This document shows positions 26,722 through 36,828 of a stretch of 64,000 bases of DNA, one piece after another. The DNA comes from Syntrophorhabdaceae bacterium (GTDB taxonomy: Bacteria; Desulfobacterota; Syntrophorhabdia; Syntrophorhabdales; Syntrophorhabdaceae). The notes below the pieces were generated by a model that saw nothing but the letters and a program-made list of their open reading frames with translations, had not been told where the DNA came from and searched no databases. The DNA is taken from assembly GCA_963665295.1 (NCBI GenBank), contig OY762209.1, positions 3,008,001 to 3,072,000 of the forward strand, given 5' to 3'. The position numbers were made by a program, and so were the translations under genes. How positions within the stretch are numbered: position 1 is the first letter of the stretch; each line of letters starts with the position of its first letter.

Positions 26722-29427
26722 TCAATTATAGATCTTCTCGATTCTGGTAGAGCAAACCTTGTACTCGGGTATTTTGCACCCGGGGTCAAGGCGATCCGTG
26801 GTCAATCTGTTTGCACAGGATTCATAGAAATGGAAAGGAATAAAGACAACATTCGGTTTCAGCCTCTCCGCAATTTTGGCCCTGATCCTGATACTGCCCC
26901 GTCTTGTCGACATGGACACCATCTCTCCATCTTCTATGTTGAGGTTGATGGCGTCGTTCGGGTTGACCTCGACAAAACCCTCGGGTACCAGTTCGTTGAG
27001 GATCTTCGAGTTCCGGGTCATTGTCCCTGAGTGAAAATGTTCGAGGAGGCGTCCCGTCGTTAGTGTCAGCGGATATTCCCTGTCAACCTCTTCCGCAGGG
27101 GGCGTGTATTCGATGGCGGTGAACAGGCCGAGACCCCTTGAAAAGGTATTCTTGTGAAGATATTGGGTGCCCGGGTGGTCCGTCGTAGGACAGGGCCACT
27201 GGATCAGTTCCTTTTCGATTCTTTCGTATGTGATGCCCGCGTACGAGGGAGTGACCTTCCTTATTTCGTCGAAGATGTCCGCGGCCTTTTCATAATTCCA
27301 GCCCGCACCCATCCTGTTGGCGATTTGACTGGTGATCCACCAGTCGTACCTCGCATTTCCCCACACCGGAAGCACGCGGTGCATGGGCTGAACCCTGCGT
27401 TCCGTGTTCGTGACGGTCCCTTCCTTTTCGAGAAACGCCGAGGAGGGGAGCACCACGTCGGCATAAGCCGCGGTTTCCGTGAGAAATATATCCTGGACCA
27501 CCAGAAAGTCGAGGTGCTCCAGGGCTTCGATGACGTGCGCCTGATTGGGATCGGAAAGCACAGGGTTTTCACCCATTATATACATGGCCTTCACGTTTCC
27601 CCCGTGAGCAGCGTTCATCATCTCCATAAGGGTAAGCCCGGGTGCTGTGGGCAGGTCCGTGGCTCCCCAGGCAGCCTCGAATTTAGCCTTGTTCTGCTCC
27701 GAAAGGACAGGTTGGTATGCCGGATAGGTGGCCGGCAGACAACCCATGTCACAGGCGCCCTGAACGTTATTCTGGCCCCTCAAGGGGTTCACGCCGCCAC
27801 CGGGTACGCCCATGTTGCCGAGCAGCATCTGGAGGTTTGCCGTGGATTTAACCCCGCTCACCCCTGAAATGAACTGGGTGATGCCCATGGAGTAATAAAG
27901 AGCCATGGGCTTGATGCCCGCCATAAGGCGCGCTGCCTTTGCAATGTCTCCAGGGTTGTCCAGCCCGCATATTTCCGCCACATATTCGGGCGTGTACTTC
28001 TCGAGGGTCTTCGCCATCTCGTCAAAGTTTTCGCACCGGGATTCGACGAAGGTTTTATTGTAGAGGCCCTCTTTTATGAGAACGTGCATGAATCCGTTGA
28101 GGATTGCGATGTTGGTCCCCGGTTTTATCTGAAAGTAATAGTCCGCGTATTTTCCAAGCTCGATCTTCCTCGGGTCCACGACGATCAGTTTCTTGTGGTT
28201 GTTGCGGACCGCATTTTTGATCATGGAGCCTATTACAGGATGATTGTCTGTTGTGTTGGATCCGATGACAAGGAACCCTTCGCTTACCGGCACTTCCCGG
28301 ATCGAGTTTGTCATTGCTCCGGAGCCGAATACAGCCGCCAGACCGGCGACCGTGGAGCTATGTCAGAGACGGGCGCAGTGGTCTATGTTGTTCGAGCCCA
28401 CCACCGCCCTCATGAACTTTTGCATGAGATAATTCTCTTCATTGGTGCATTTTGCTGAGGAGAGGGCCGCGATCGAGTCCGGTCCGTACTCCTTCTTCGT
28501 CTCCGTGAGCCGCCGGGCAACGAGGTCGAGGGCCTCGTCCCATTCCGTTTCAACGAAGGCGCCGTCTTTCTTCACGAGCGGCTTGGACAACCTCCTTGGA
28601 CTCTGGACAAAGTCGAAACCAAACCTGCCTTTCACGCAAAGATGACCCCTGTTGGGACCGTCGTCATTGCCCATGGCCTTCGTGAGCAAGCCTTTTTTGT
28701 CCGTGTAGAAGTCGATTTTGCATCCTACGCCGCAATAGATACATATGCTCGATTCCTTCTTGAGTTCCCAGTTCACACCCTTGCCAAGGACCGTCTGGTA
28801 GCTCAAAGCCCCAGTGGGACACAGTTGAACACAGGTCCCGCACTTCGTACAAGTTTCCGACTCTCCCCAGAGTTTGTTGTCGTCTACGGTAAGGTGCGTC
28901 TGGGAGCCTCTTTCCGCAAAACCCCACACATTCGATACCTGGACCTCTTTACATGCTCTCACGCAGCGTCCGCAGAGTATGCACCTGTTCTCATTTCTCT
29001 TGAGGGCCTTGCTCGACGTATAATCCATGGTGCGCGACCTTCTTATGGTGTCCGCATATGGCTGAGGCTCGACGCCGTATTTCTGTACGAGGACCTGCAA
29101 ATCACATGCGCCGTTCGCGTCGCAGTACAGGCAGTTGTGGTCGCCTTCGGAAAGAAGCAATTCCAGTACCCATTTCCTGTATTCCGCGATGGCGTCGTCC
29201 TCGGTAACGATGTTCATGCCGTCCGCCGCCGGTTCGGAGCAGGACGCCTTGAACATCTTGCCGTTTACCCGGACAAGACATACCCGGCACGCGCCGCTCT
29301 TGCTCAACTTGGGATGGTAGCAAAGATAAGGGATATCGATGCCGTTCTCCAGGGCCACCTCGAGAATGGTCTGCCCCGTCTTTCCTGCCACTTCTTTGCC
29401 ATCAATGGTGAGCTTGATCTCTTCCAT
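26722..29427 (-). CDS. fdhA: Cytoplasmic selenocysteine-containing formate dehydrogenase alpha subunit (Mo/W-bisPGD) with NuoG-like N-terminus, ~901 aa
   Basis: ORFs 28363..29427 and 26722..28314 are in one frame, joined by TGA at 28363-28365 in the context NNIDHCARL-U-HSSTVAGL..FGSGAMTNS; CIYCGVGC, LRGQNNVQGACDMG; no Tat signal. Confidence 0.95.
28332..28362 (-). other. Bacterial SECIS element
   Basis: Directly 3' of the UGA: CAUAGCUCCA-CGGUCGCC-GGUCU-GGCGGCUG, an fdhF-type hairpin with a GGUCU loop about 10 nt from the UGA. Confidence 0.85.
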
Positions 29428-29539
29428 TAACTATCTCCTTTTACGGCAATGTAATACCCGTGTCCGATGGAATGGAGCGTGGCGCATGGCGAACACGATT
29501 CCGGTCCCATGCGCCACAATATCGTCTGTTAAACCGATC

Positions 29540-31261
29540 TTATTGCACGCCTCTTTTTTTGTATTTTGTATGAAGCAGCCGGTGCGATTTCTCACCAAGA
29601 GGCTCCTTCAGGTATTCTTCATAAATGCGTGTCACTGACGGATTTTCGTGGGACTTTCTGCGGGGCAGGCCCTTGTCCTCGGCGTAGAGCGCCTCGGCCC
29701 TCAGCCGTCGCACCTTGTTGTCCACGGGAATGGGCTGACCGCCGCCTCCCACGCAACCGCCGGGACATGCCATGATCTCGATGAAATGATAGTCCGCGGT
29801 GCCGTTCTGTAATTTTTCCATTACCTTGCGCGCATTGCCGAGGCCATGGGCTACCGCGACTTTCACGTCTCCCACACCCTCCACAGGCACGGTCGCTTCC
29901 TTGACCCCTTCAAGACCTCTCACGGCGACAAAGTCCAGGTTCTCCAGGGTCTTGCCGGTGATTACTTCGTAAGCGGTCCTGAGCGCTGCTTCCATAACGC
30001 CGCCTGTGGCGCCGAAGATGGTGCCTGCGCCCGTATACTCACCCATGGGTGCGTCATATTCGCCATCTTCAAGCTCCCTGAACTCTATGCCCGCCTGTCT
30101 GATCATCCGCGCAAGCTCCCGCGTGGTGAGCACGTAGTCCACGTCCTTATAACCACTATCCGTCATCTCGGGCCGCTCGCACTCGAACTTCTTCGCGGTG
30201 CAGGGCATAACGGACACAACTATGATATCCTTGGGGTTGAGGCCCTCTTTCTCGGCGAAATAGGTTTTCGCCAAAGCGCCGAGCATCTGCTGCGGGGACT
30301 TGCACGTGGAAAGGTGAGGCAGCATGTCAGGGTAAAAGTGCTCGATGAACTTGATCCATCCCGGGCTGCAGCTCGTGATTAGGGGGAGGACCCCGCCTTC
30401 CTTTATGCGTTTGATCAGCTCGTTGCCTTCCTCGATGATGGTAAGGTCGGCGGTGAAGTTCGTGTCGAACACACGGTCAAATCCGAGCTTCCTTACAGCG
30501 GACAGCATCTTTCCCGTCACAAGTGTTCCGGGAGGATATCCGAATTCCTCTCCCAGGGCTGCCCGTACCGCGGGGGCGTCCTGGACGACGACAAATTTGG
30601 TGGGGTCCGAAAGGGCATCCCACACGGCATCTATGCTTGACTTTTCAGTGATGGCTCCCACTGGACACACGAGGGAGCATTGGCCGCAATTGGTGCACGC
30701 CACGTCGTTGATACTTTCATCGAATGCGGGTGCGACCTTTGATTCAAAGCCCCTGCCCTGGGCAAAAAGGGCGGTCACGCTCTGGACTTCCTTGCAGACA
30801 GTCACGCAACGGCGGCAAAGAATGCATTTGCTCTGGTCTCTTCTCAGAGAGGGTGAGCCGCTGTCTATACCGCCCGCGCTTCTGGCGCCGGGGAACCTTA
30901 CTTCTCGCACCCCAAGCTCTTCCGCAATTTTCTGAAGCTCGCACTTGAGGTTCCGTGGACAGGTGAGGCAGTCCATGGGGTGGTTGGAAAGAAGCATCTC
31001 AACGGAGAATTTTCTCGCCTTCCTCACCCGTTCGGTGCTTGTGTGCACCACAAGTCCTTCAGATACAGGGAAGACACATGCCGCCTGGAGGGCGCGGTTG
31101 CCCTCGACCTCCACAAGACATACCCTGCACGCCCCTATGGCCTGCACCTCAGGGAGATAGCAGAGCGTAGGGATGTGAACCTTTGCCTCTTTCGCGGCCT
31201 GCAGGATCGTGCTTCCCTGCTCAACTGCAACTTTCTGACCGTCTATGGTTAAGTTTATCAT
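29540..31261 (-). CDS. hydA: Group A [FeFe]-hydrogenase catalytic subunit (HndD-like)
   Basis: NuoG-like Fe-S N-terminus; TSCSPGW, MPCTAKKFE, EIMACPGGCVGGGGQP. Confidence 0.95.
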   Translation of the reverse strand: MINLTIDGQKVAVEQGSTILQAAKEAKVHIPTLCYLPEVQAIGACRVCLVEVEGNRALQAACVFPVSEGLVVHTSTERVRKARKFSVEMLLSNHPMDCLTCPRNLKCELQKIAEELGVREVRFPGARSAGGIDSGSPSLRRDQSKCILCRRCVTVCKEVQSVTALFAQGRGFESKVAPAFDESINDVACTNCGQCSLVCPVGAITEKSSIDAVWDALSDPTKFVVVQDAPAVRAALGEEFGYPPGTLVTGKMLSAVRKLGFDRVFDTNFTADLTIIEEGNELIKRIKEGGVLPLITSCSPGWIKFIEHFYPDMLPHLSTCKSPQQMLGALAKTYFAEKEGLNPKDIIVVSVMPCTAKKFECERPEMTDSGYKDVDYVLTTRELARMIRQAGIEFRELEDGEYDAPMGEYTGAGTIFGATGGVMEAALRTAYEVITGKTLENLDFVAVRGLEGVKEATVPVEGVGDVKVAVAHGLGNARKVMEKLQNGTADYHFIEIMACPGGCVGGGGQPIPVDNKVRRLRAEALYAEDKGLPRRKSHENPSVTRIYEEYLKEPLGEKSHRLLHTKYKKRGVQ

Positions 31262-31283
31262 ACCTGATCACTCTCCTTGCACC

Positions 31284-34200
31284 TTAGTTTGTAGGCTGAT
31301 CTTCTTGTCTCAGGTAGCAGTGGAGGCATCTTTTGGCCTCTTCAACCGCCGATTTCGACGGGTAGGGGAGCACTACTTCCTTGAAGTTCCTATACCTTTC
31401 GGAAAGAGGCATAGTCGGCGCATCGGCCCGCTTTCTCTCTTTCTGGTATTCCTCCTCGTTGTAGGAAACAACCAGGTTCACGAGTCTTTCGCGGAAGGTG
31501 TCCTTCAGGATGCCGTCTCCTCCGAGGTACCTGTCGATTGCCATGGCCGCTTTCTTGCCGTCTCCTATTGCCTCCACTACGGTGGCAGGGCCTCGTACTG
31601 CGTCCCCTGCAGCGAAGACCCCCTCTCGCGTGGTCTCAAGGTTTTTGAGATCGGCTACCGCGATGGTCCCATTGCTGCTCAGGGATATTCCGTCGCCATT
31701 CACATAGGAGAGGTCGGGGACCTGTCCGATGGCGGCGATTATCGTATCGACATCGAGAAGGAACTCGGAGCCGGGTATGGCCTCGGGTTTCCGGCGGCCG
31801 CTGTTGTCGAACCGGCCGAGCGACATGCGGACACATTCAATCTTCGTGACCTTGCCGTTCTCGATAACCAGACTCTTCGGGGCTACCAGCGTATGAATCT
31901 TGACCCCTTCACTCTCGGCTTCCTCGATCTCCTCTTCGTAAGCAGGCATATCTTCCTTGTCCCTGCGATAGAGCACGGACACGCCTTTTGCTCCGAGACG
32001 GAGGGCCGACCGGGCTGCGTCTATCGCCACGTTGCCGCCGCCGATAACTGCGACCTGCCCATCGACTTTCACTGCCTTTTTGAGGTTCAGGTTGCGCAGG
32101 AATGTTGCGCCGTCAACAACGCCCTCGCTGTCATCGCCGGGGATGCCCAGCTTCTGGCCCTTGTGGGCGCCTGTTGCCATGAGGACGGCGTTATAACCGT
32201 CGGAGAAGAGTTTTTCCATGGTGATGTCTTTTCCGATGGCCGTATTATATTTGATTTCCACACCCAGGTCGGTAACCGTCTTCACTTCGGCGCCGAGAAT
32301 GTCTTTCGGCAGCCTGTATTCGGGGATACCGACTGCGAGCATGCCTCCGGCTACCGGCAGGGCCTCAAAGACCGTGACCTTGTAGCCTTTGCCCGCAAGG
32401 TAATATGCTGCGGTCAGTCCCGCGGGACCTCCGCCTATGATCGCCACTTTCCCGTCCTTGGCTTCTTCCACCGGCGGACGATAAGGCGCAAATGAGTTCA
32501 TATCGAAATCTGCGGCAAAACGTTTGAGAGAGCATATTGCCACGGGTTCGTCGACCTGCTGCCTGCGGCACTTGGTTTCGCAGGGATGGACGCAGACGCG
32601 GCCGCATACGGCGGGGAAGGGATTACCTTCCTTGATGACCGCAACGGCGTCTTCAAAGCGACCTTCGCTGATGAGGGTTACATACCCCCACGCATTCTGG
32701 CCCGCGGGACAGGCGTTCTGACAAGGGGCGTCGAAAAGTGATGAACATACCCCTGCGCGGCAGTGTTTGTCTTTTATGTGTTCCTCGTATTCATGCTTGA
32801 AAAATCTCAAGGTCGAAAGCACGGGGTTGGGCGCGGTCTGGCCCAGGCCGCAGAGGGCCGAATCCTTGATCCTCTCTGCAAGCTCGATCAGTTTTTCTAT
32901 GTCCCCTTCCTCACCTTTGCCCCGCACGATGCGGTTCAGGATCTCCAGCATTCTCTTCGTCCCTATCCGGCAGGGAGGACATTTCCCGCACGACTCATCC
33001 TGGATGAAGTCGAGAAAGAACCGGGCGAAGTCTACCATACAGGTGTCTTCATCAGCGACAATAAGGCCGCCGGAACCGACGATCGCGCCCAGTTCTTGGA
33101 CCGATTCATAGTCTATCGGCACATTCAGGTGCTGCACGGGGATACAGCCGCCCGACGGTCCGCCCAATTGAGCGGCTTTGAATTTCTTCTTGCCCTTGAT
33201 ACCGCCGCCGATATCAAAAACCAGCTCGCCGAGAGAGGTGCCCATGGGCACTTCCACCAAACCGGTATTATTTACATTGCCCGCGAGGGCAAAGACCTTC
33301 GTCCCTTTGCTCCGTTCCGTGCCGAAGCCGGCGTACCACTCAGCCCCCTTGTTTATGATGGCGGCGATGTTTGCAAATGTCTCCACGTTATTGAGCAGGG
33401 TAGGGGCATTGAACAGGCCCCGTACTGCGGGGAACGGCGGCCGCGGTCTCGGCTCGCCCCTCTTCCCTTCAATGGAGAACATGAGGGCCGTCTCTTCACC
33501 ACAGACAAAAGCGCCTGCCCCGATCCTTATATCGAGATCGAAGTCGAAGCCTGTCTCAAAAATATTCTTGCCGAGGAATTTGTATTCCCTTGCCTGCTTG
33601 ATAGCCCACGTGAGCCTTTCGATGGCGAGGGGATATTCCGCCCGCACGTACACGTAACCCTGGTGCGCCCCGATTGCGTAGCCGGCAATGGTCATGGCTT
33701 CAATTACGCTATGGGGATCGCCTTCGAGAACGCTCCGGTCCATGAAAGCTCCCGGGTCTCCCTCGTCCGCGTTACATACGACGTACTTTATGTCTCCCTC
33801 CGCCTTAAGGGCGAATTTCCATTTCATACCCGTCAAGAACCCGCCGCCGCCTCTACCGCGAAGGCCGGACCTCAAGACCTCGTCAACGACCTGGTCCTGG
33901 GTCATGGAGGTGAGCGCCTTGCCTAGTGCCAGATATCCGTCACGGGCAATATACTCTTCTATATTCAAAGGATTGATGACCCCGCAATTCCTGAGGACGA
34001 TCTTTTCCTGGTTCTTGAAGAAGTTGATCCCCTTCAGGGAGGGGATAGCCTTGGCTGTTATAGGTTCCTTGTAGAGCAGTCGTTCTACCAGCCTTCCCTT
34101 CAGGAGGTGCTCCGTTACTATCTCTGCCGCATCCGAGGGTTTGAGCTTCTGATAAAAAATCCCCTCCGGGTAGACAAGCGCCAGAGGGCCCAGATCACAG

Positions 34201-34352
34201 GAGCCGACACAACCGGTCTCAATGACCTTTACTTCTTCCTGAAGACCGAGTTCTATAATCTTGATGACAAAGGCATCCCTTATTTCCCGGCAGCCCGATG
34301 ATACACAGGCGGCACCGGCGCATACTAATACATGAGCGCGCACTAGCTCCAT
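31284..34352 (-). CDS. NuoF/HydB-like subunit fused to a GltD/NfnB-like FAD/NADPH oxidoreductase domain (1022 aa)
   Basis: First ~540 aa are HydB (CAGAAC, DEGDPGAFMD, GGPSG, CGKCPPC). The rest has APCQNACP...CGRVCVHPCETKC, GGGPAG, GIPEYRLP, GGGNVA..LYRR, FAAGD and a C-terminal RCLHC. Confidence 0.9.
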   Translation of the reverse strand: MELVRAHVLVCAGAACVSSGCREIRDAFVIKIIELGLQEEVKVIETGCVGSCDLGPLALVYPEGIFYQKLKPSDAAEIVTEHLLKGRLVERLLYKEPITAKAIPSLKGINFFKNQEKIVLRNCGVINPLNIEEYIARDGYLALGKALTSMTQDQVVDEVLRSGLRGRGGGGFLTGMKWKFALKAEGDIKYVVCNADEGDPGAFMDRSVLEGDPHSVIEAMTIAGYAIGAHQGYVYVRAEYPLAIERLTWAIKQAREYKFLGKNIFETGFDFDLDIRIGAGAFVCGEETALMFSIEGKRGEPRPRPPFPAVRGLFNAPTLLNNVETFANIAAIINKGAEWYAGFGTERSKGTKVFALAGNVNNTGLVEVPMGTSLGELVFDIGGGIKGKKKFKAAQLGGPSGGCIPVQHLNVPIDYESVQELGAIVGSGGLIVADEDTCMVDFARFFLDFIQDESCGKCPPCRIGTKRMLEILNRIVRGKGEEGDIEKLIELAERIKDSALCGLGQTAPNPVLSTLRFFKHEYEEHIKDKHCRAGVCSSLFDAPCQNACPAGQNAWGYVTLISEGRFEDAVAVIKEGNPFPAVCGRVCVHPCETKCRRQQVDEPVAICSLKRFAADFDMNSFAPYRPPVEEAKDGKVAIIGGGPAGLTAAYYLAGKGYKVTVFEALPVAGGMLAVGIPEYRLPKDILGAEVKTVTDLGVEIKYNTAIGKDITMEKLFSDGYNAVLMATGAHKGQKLGIPGDDSEGVVDGATFLRNLNLKKAVKVDGQVAVIGGGNVAIDAARSALRLGAKGVSVLYRRDKEDMPAYEEEIEEAESEGVKIHTLVAPKSLVIENGKVTKIECVRMSLGRFDNSGRRKPEAIPGSEFLLDVDTIIAAIGQVPDLSYVNGDGISLSSNGTIAVADLKNLETTREGVFAAGDAVRGPATVVEAIGDGKKAAMAIDRYLGGDGILKDTFRERLVNLVVSYNEEEYQKERKRADAPTMPLSERYRNFKEVVLPYPSKSAVEEAKRCLHCYLRQEDQPTN

Positions 34353-34367
34353 CGTTAAATCGCCTCC

Positions 34368-34868
34368 TTACTTGTATTGTTCAAGAATTTCCATAATTTT
34401 CGTCGTTTTTACCCGACCATACACGTCGCTGTCGACCAGCATGGCGGGAGCGAGACCGCACGCGCCTATGCAGCGGACTACGTCCACTGAATACCTTCTG
34501 TCTTCCGTGGTCGAGCCTACGTCCACATTCAGCTCTTTCTCTACCTTCCCGAGGGTTTGCTGACCGCCTCGTACGTAACAGGCGGTGCCGAGGCAGACCT
34601 TTATGCTGTGGCGTCCCTTGGGCACTGTGGAGAAAAAGGAGTAGAAGGTCACGACCCCGTATACTTCATTCCGGGAAACTCCAAGGCCTTCCGCTACTTT
34701 CTGCTGGACTTCGCGGGGGAGATATCCAAACAGGTTCTGCGCTTTATGCAGCGCCATAATCAGTTCCTCAGGTTTCCCGCGATGTTCATCGATTATCAGT
34801 TCGAGCCTCGGATAAAGTTCTTCTTCGCTTAATTGAGCGCATGTGCACTCATGGTTCTCATCGGACAT
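34368..34868 (-). CDS. NuoE-like [2Fe-2S] subunit (HydC/HndA-like)
   Basis: LIMALHKAQ..FGYLP, VVTFYSFF, CLGTAC...CIGACGLAP. Confidence 0.92.
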   Translation of the reverse strand: MSDENHECTCAQLSEEELYPRLELIIDEHRGKPEELIMALHKAQNLFGYLPREVQQKVAEGLGVSRNEVYGVVTFYSFFSTVPKGRHSIKVCLGTACYVRGGQQTLGKVEKELNVDVGSTTEDRRYSVDVVRCIGACGLAPAMLVDSDVYGRVKTTKIMEILEQYK

Positions 34869-35042
34869 ACCGTTCCTCCTTTAATGCCAATTTGCCTTTG
34901 TCCGGATCACGTCGTTGCCCGGCGTCCGGGCCCCGTGCGGGCACTATATGATGCGCTGTGACCCGCACGAGGGCCGTCCGCCTCCCGGTAATCTCACTTT
35001 CCGGAAGAATCCAAACTGGTATGCTTTATAACCATCACCGGT

Positions 35043-36800
35043 TTACTCTGACACCACCTTCCCATCCACCTGACTCCTCTTATAATAGTGCGTATGAAGG
35101 AGGTGGTGAGCCTTACCGGAATAAGGTTTCTCAAGGTACTTCTCATAAATAGCCTTTATCGAGGGGTTCTGGTGAGACTTGCGAAGGGGCAGGGATTTGT
35201 CTTCCGCGTACAGCGTCTGACCCCTTCTGGCCCTTCTCGCCATATCGCTGCCCCATGGTTGGCCTCCTCCGCCAACGCAACCCCCGGGACATGCCATGAT
35301 TTCGATAAAGTGGTACTCGCTCTTGCCGGTGGTCGCCAGTTGTTCGGACACCTTGTCGAGAAGCTTTCTCGCGTTTCCGAGACCGTGGGCCACGGCTACT
35401 TTCAGTTTAAGGCCTTCCACATCCACCTCGGCCTCTTTCACGCCCTCCATGCCCCTCACTGCGAGGATGTCGGGGTTTTCAAGTTCTTTCCCTGTAACCA
35501 GGAAGTATGCGCTTCTCAGCGCCGCTTCCATAACGCCGCCCGTGGCCCCGAAGATCGTGGCCGCGCCGGTGTATTCGCCCAGAGGATTGTCGGCAGGCTC
35601 ATCCGGCAAATCTTTAAGGTCGATGCCCGCTTCCTTCAGCATCCGGGCCATCTCCCTGGTGGTCAGCACGTAATCCACGTCCTGGTATCCGCTTGTGTTC
35701 ATCTCAGGACGCTGGCACTCGAATTTCTTGGCGGTGCACGGCATGATGGAGACGGACACAATCTTCTCAGGCGGAATGCCTTTCAGTTCCGCGTAATAGG
35801 TTTTGGCCAGGGTGCCGAACATCTGCTGCGGTGATTTGGCTGTCGATGTGTTCTTGGCGAGATGGGGATAGAAGGTCTCGAGGAACTTTACCCACCCCGG
35901 AGAGCATGAAGTTATCACGGGAAGGTCCTTGTTTGCGACAATCCTGCCCACTACCTCGGTACCTTCCTCCAGTATGGTGAGGTCGGCGGTGAAGTTGGTG
36001 TCGAATACCGCGTCGAACTTCAAGCGCCGCAAAGCTGCGTGCATCTTGCCCGCCACGAGCGTCCCCGGTTCCATGCCGAACTCTTCGCCCAACATGGCCC
36101 TTACCGCGGGAGCTTCCTGAACCACCACATGTTTGTCCGGGTCGTTGAGGGCTTCCCAGACCTCTTCCACGTGACTCCTCTCGTAAAGGGCACCCACGGG
36201 ACAGTATACGGTGCACTGTCCGCAGTTTACACACACGCTGTTCCCCATGCCCTGATTGAAGGCGTCCGTGATCTGCGTGTCAAACCCTCTCTGGTCGAGT
36301 GCAAGGGCGTTCACGGTCTGTATGTTCGAGCACACCTGAACACATCTTCCACAGAGGATACATTTGTTCGGGTCCCTCACGATGGAGGGACTGCTCATGT
36401 CCACGGGCCTTCTCTGTTCGAGGCGGGGATAGGTGAGGGCATTTATGCCCACCAGATTCGCCACGTTCTGGAGTTCGCAATTCTGATTCTTTATACAGGT
36501 GAGACAATCCATATCATGGTTCGAGAGGATAAGCTCGACTATTTCCTTTCGCGCCATCCGGACTTTTGCCGTATTCGTGTGGATTTTCCACCCCCGCTCA
36601 AGACGGGTCATGCACGCCCTCTTCATGGCGGGAAATCCCTCGATTTCCACCACACAGAGCCCGCATGAACCTTCGGCGGTGAGGTCGGGGTTATGGCAGA
36701 GGGTAGGTATCTTGAATCCCACCATCCTTGCTGCTTCGAGGATGGTAGTCCCTTCCTCGACCTCGACATCTATTTTGTTTATGGTTGCTTTTATCGTCAT
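35043..36800 (-). CDS. hydA: Group A [FeFe]-hydrogenase catalytic subunit
   Basis: NuoG-like N-terminus; TSCSPGW, MPCTAKKFE, EIMACPGGCVGGGGQP; start MTIKATIN after GGAGG. Confidence 0.95.
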   Translation of the reverse strand: MTIKATINKIDVEVEEGTTILEAARMVGFKIPTLCHNPDLTAEGSCGLCVVEIEGFPAMKRACMTRLERGWKIHTNTAKVRMARKEIVELILSNHDMDCLTCIKNQNCELQNVANLVGINALTYPRLEQRRPVDMSSPSIVRDPNKCILCGRCVQVCSNIQTVNALALDQRGFDTQITDAFNQGMGNSVCVNCGQCTVYCPVGALYERSHVEEVWEALNDPDKHVVVQEAPAVRAMLGEEFGMEPGTLVAGKMHAALRRLKFDAVFDTNFTADLTILEEGTEVVGRIVANKDLPVITSCSPGWVKFLETFYPHLAKNTSTAKSPQQMFGTLAKTYYAELKGIPPEKIVSVSIMPCTAKKFECQRPEMNTSGYQDVDYVLTTREMARMLKEAGIDLKDLPDEPADNPLGEYTGAATIFGATGGVMEAALRSAYFLVTGKELENPDILAVRGMEGVKEAEVDVEGLKLKVAVAHGLGNARKLLDKVSEQLATTGKSEYHFIEIMACPGGCVGGGGQPWGSDMARRARRGQTLYAEDKSLPLRKSHQNPSIKAIYEKYLEKPYSGKAHHLLHTHYYKRSQVDGKVVSE

Positions 36801-36828
36801 GTGTCCTTGTAACCTCCTAAATGGTTTC

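Noticed and set aside
28314..28365. fdhA as a nonsense-disrupted pseudogene or two genes
   Set aside because: The stop is UGA at the catalytic ligand position with a SECIS hairpin, so it encodes selenocysteine
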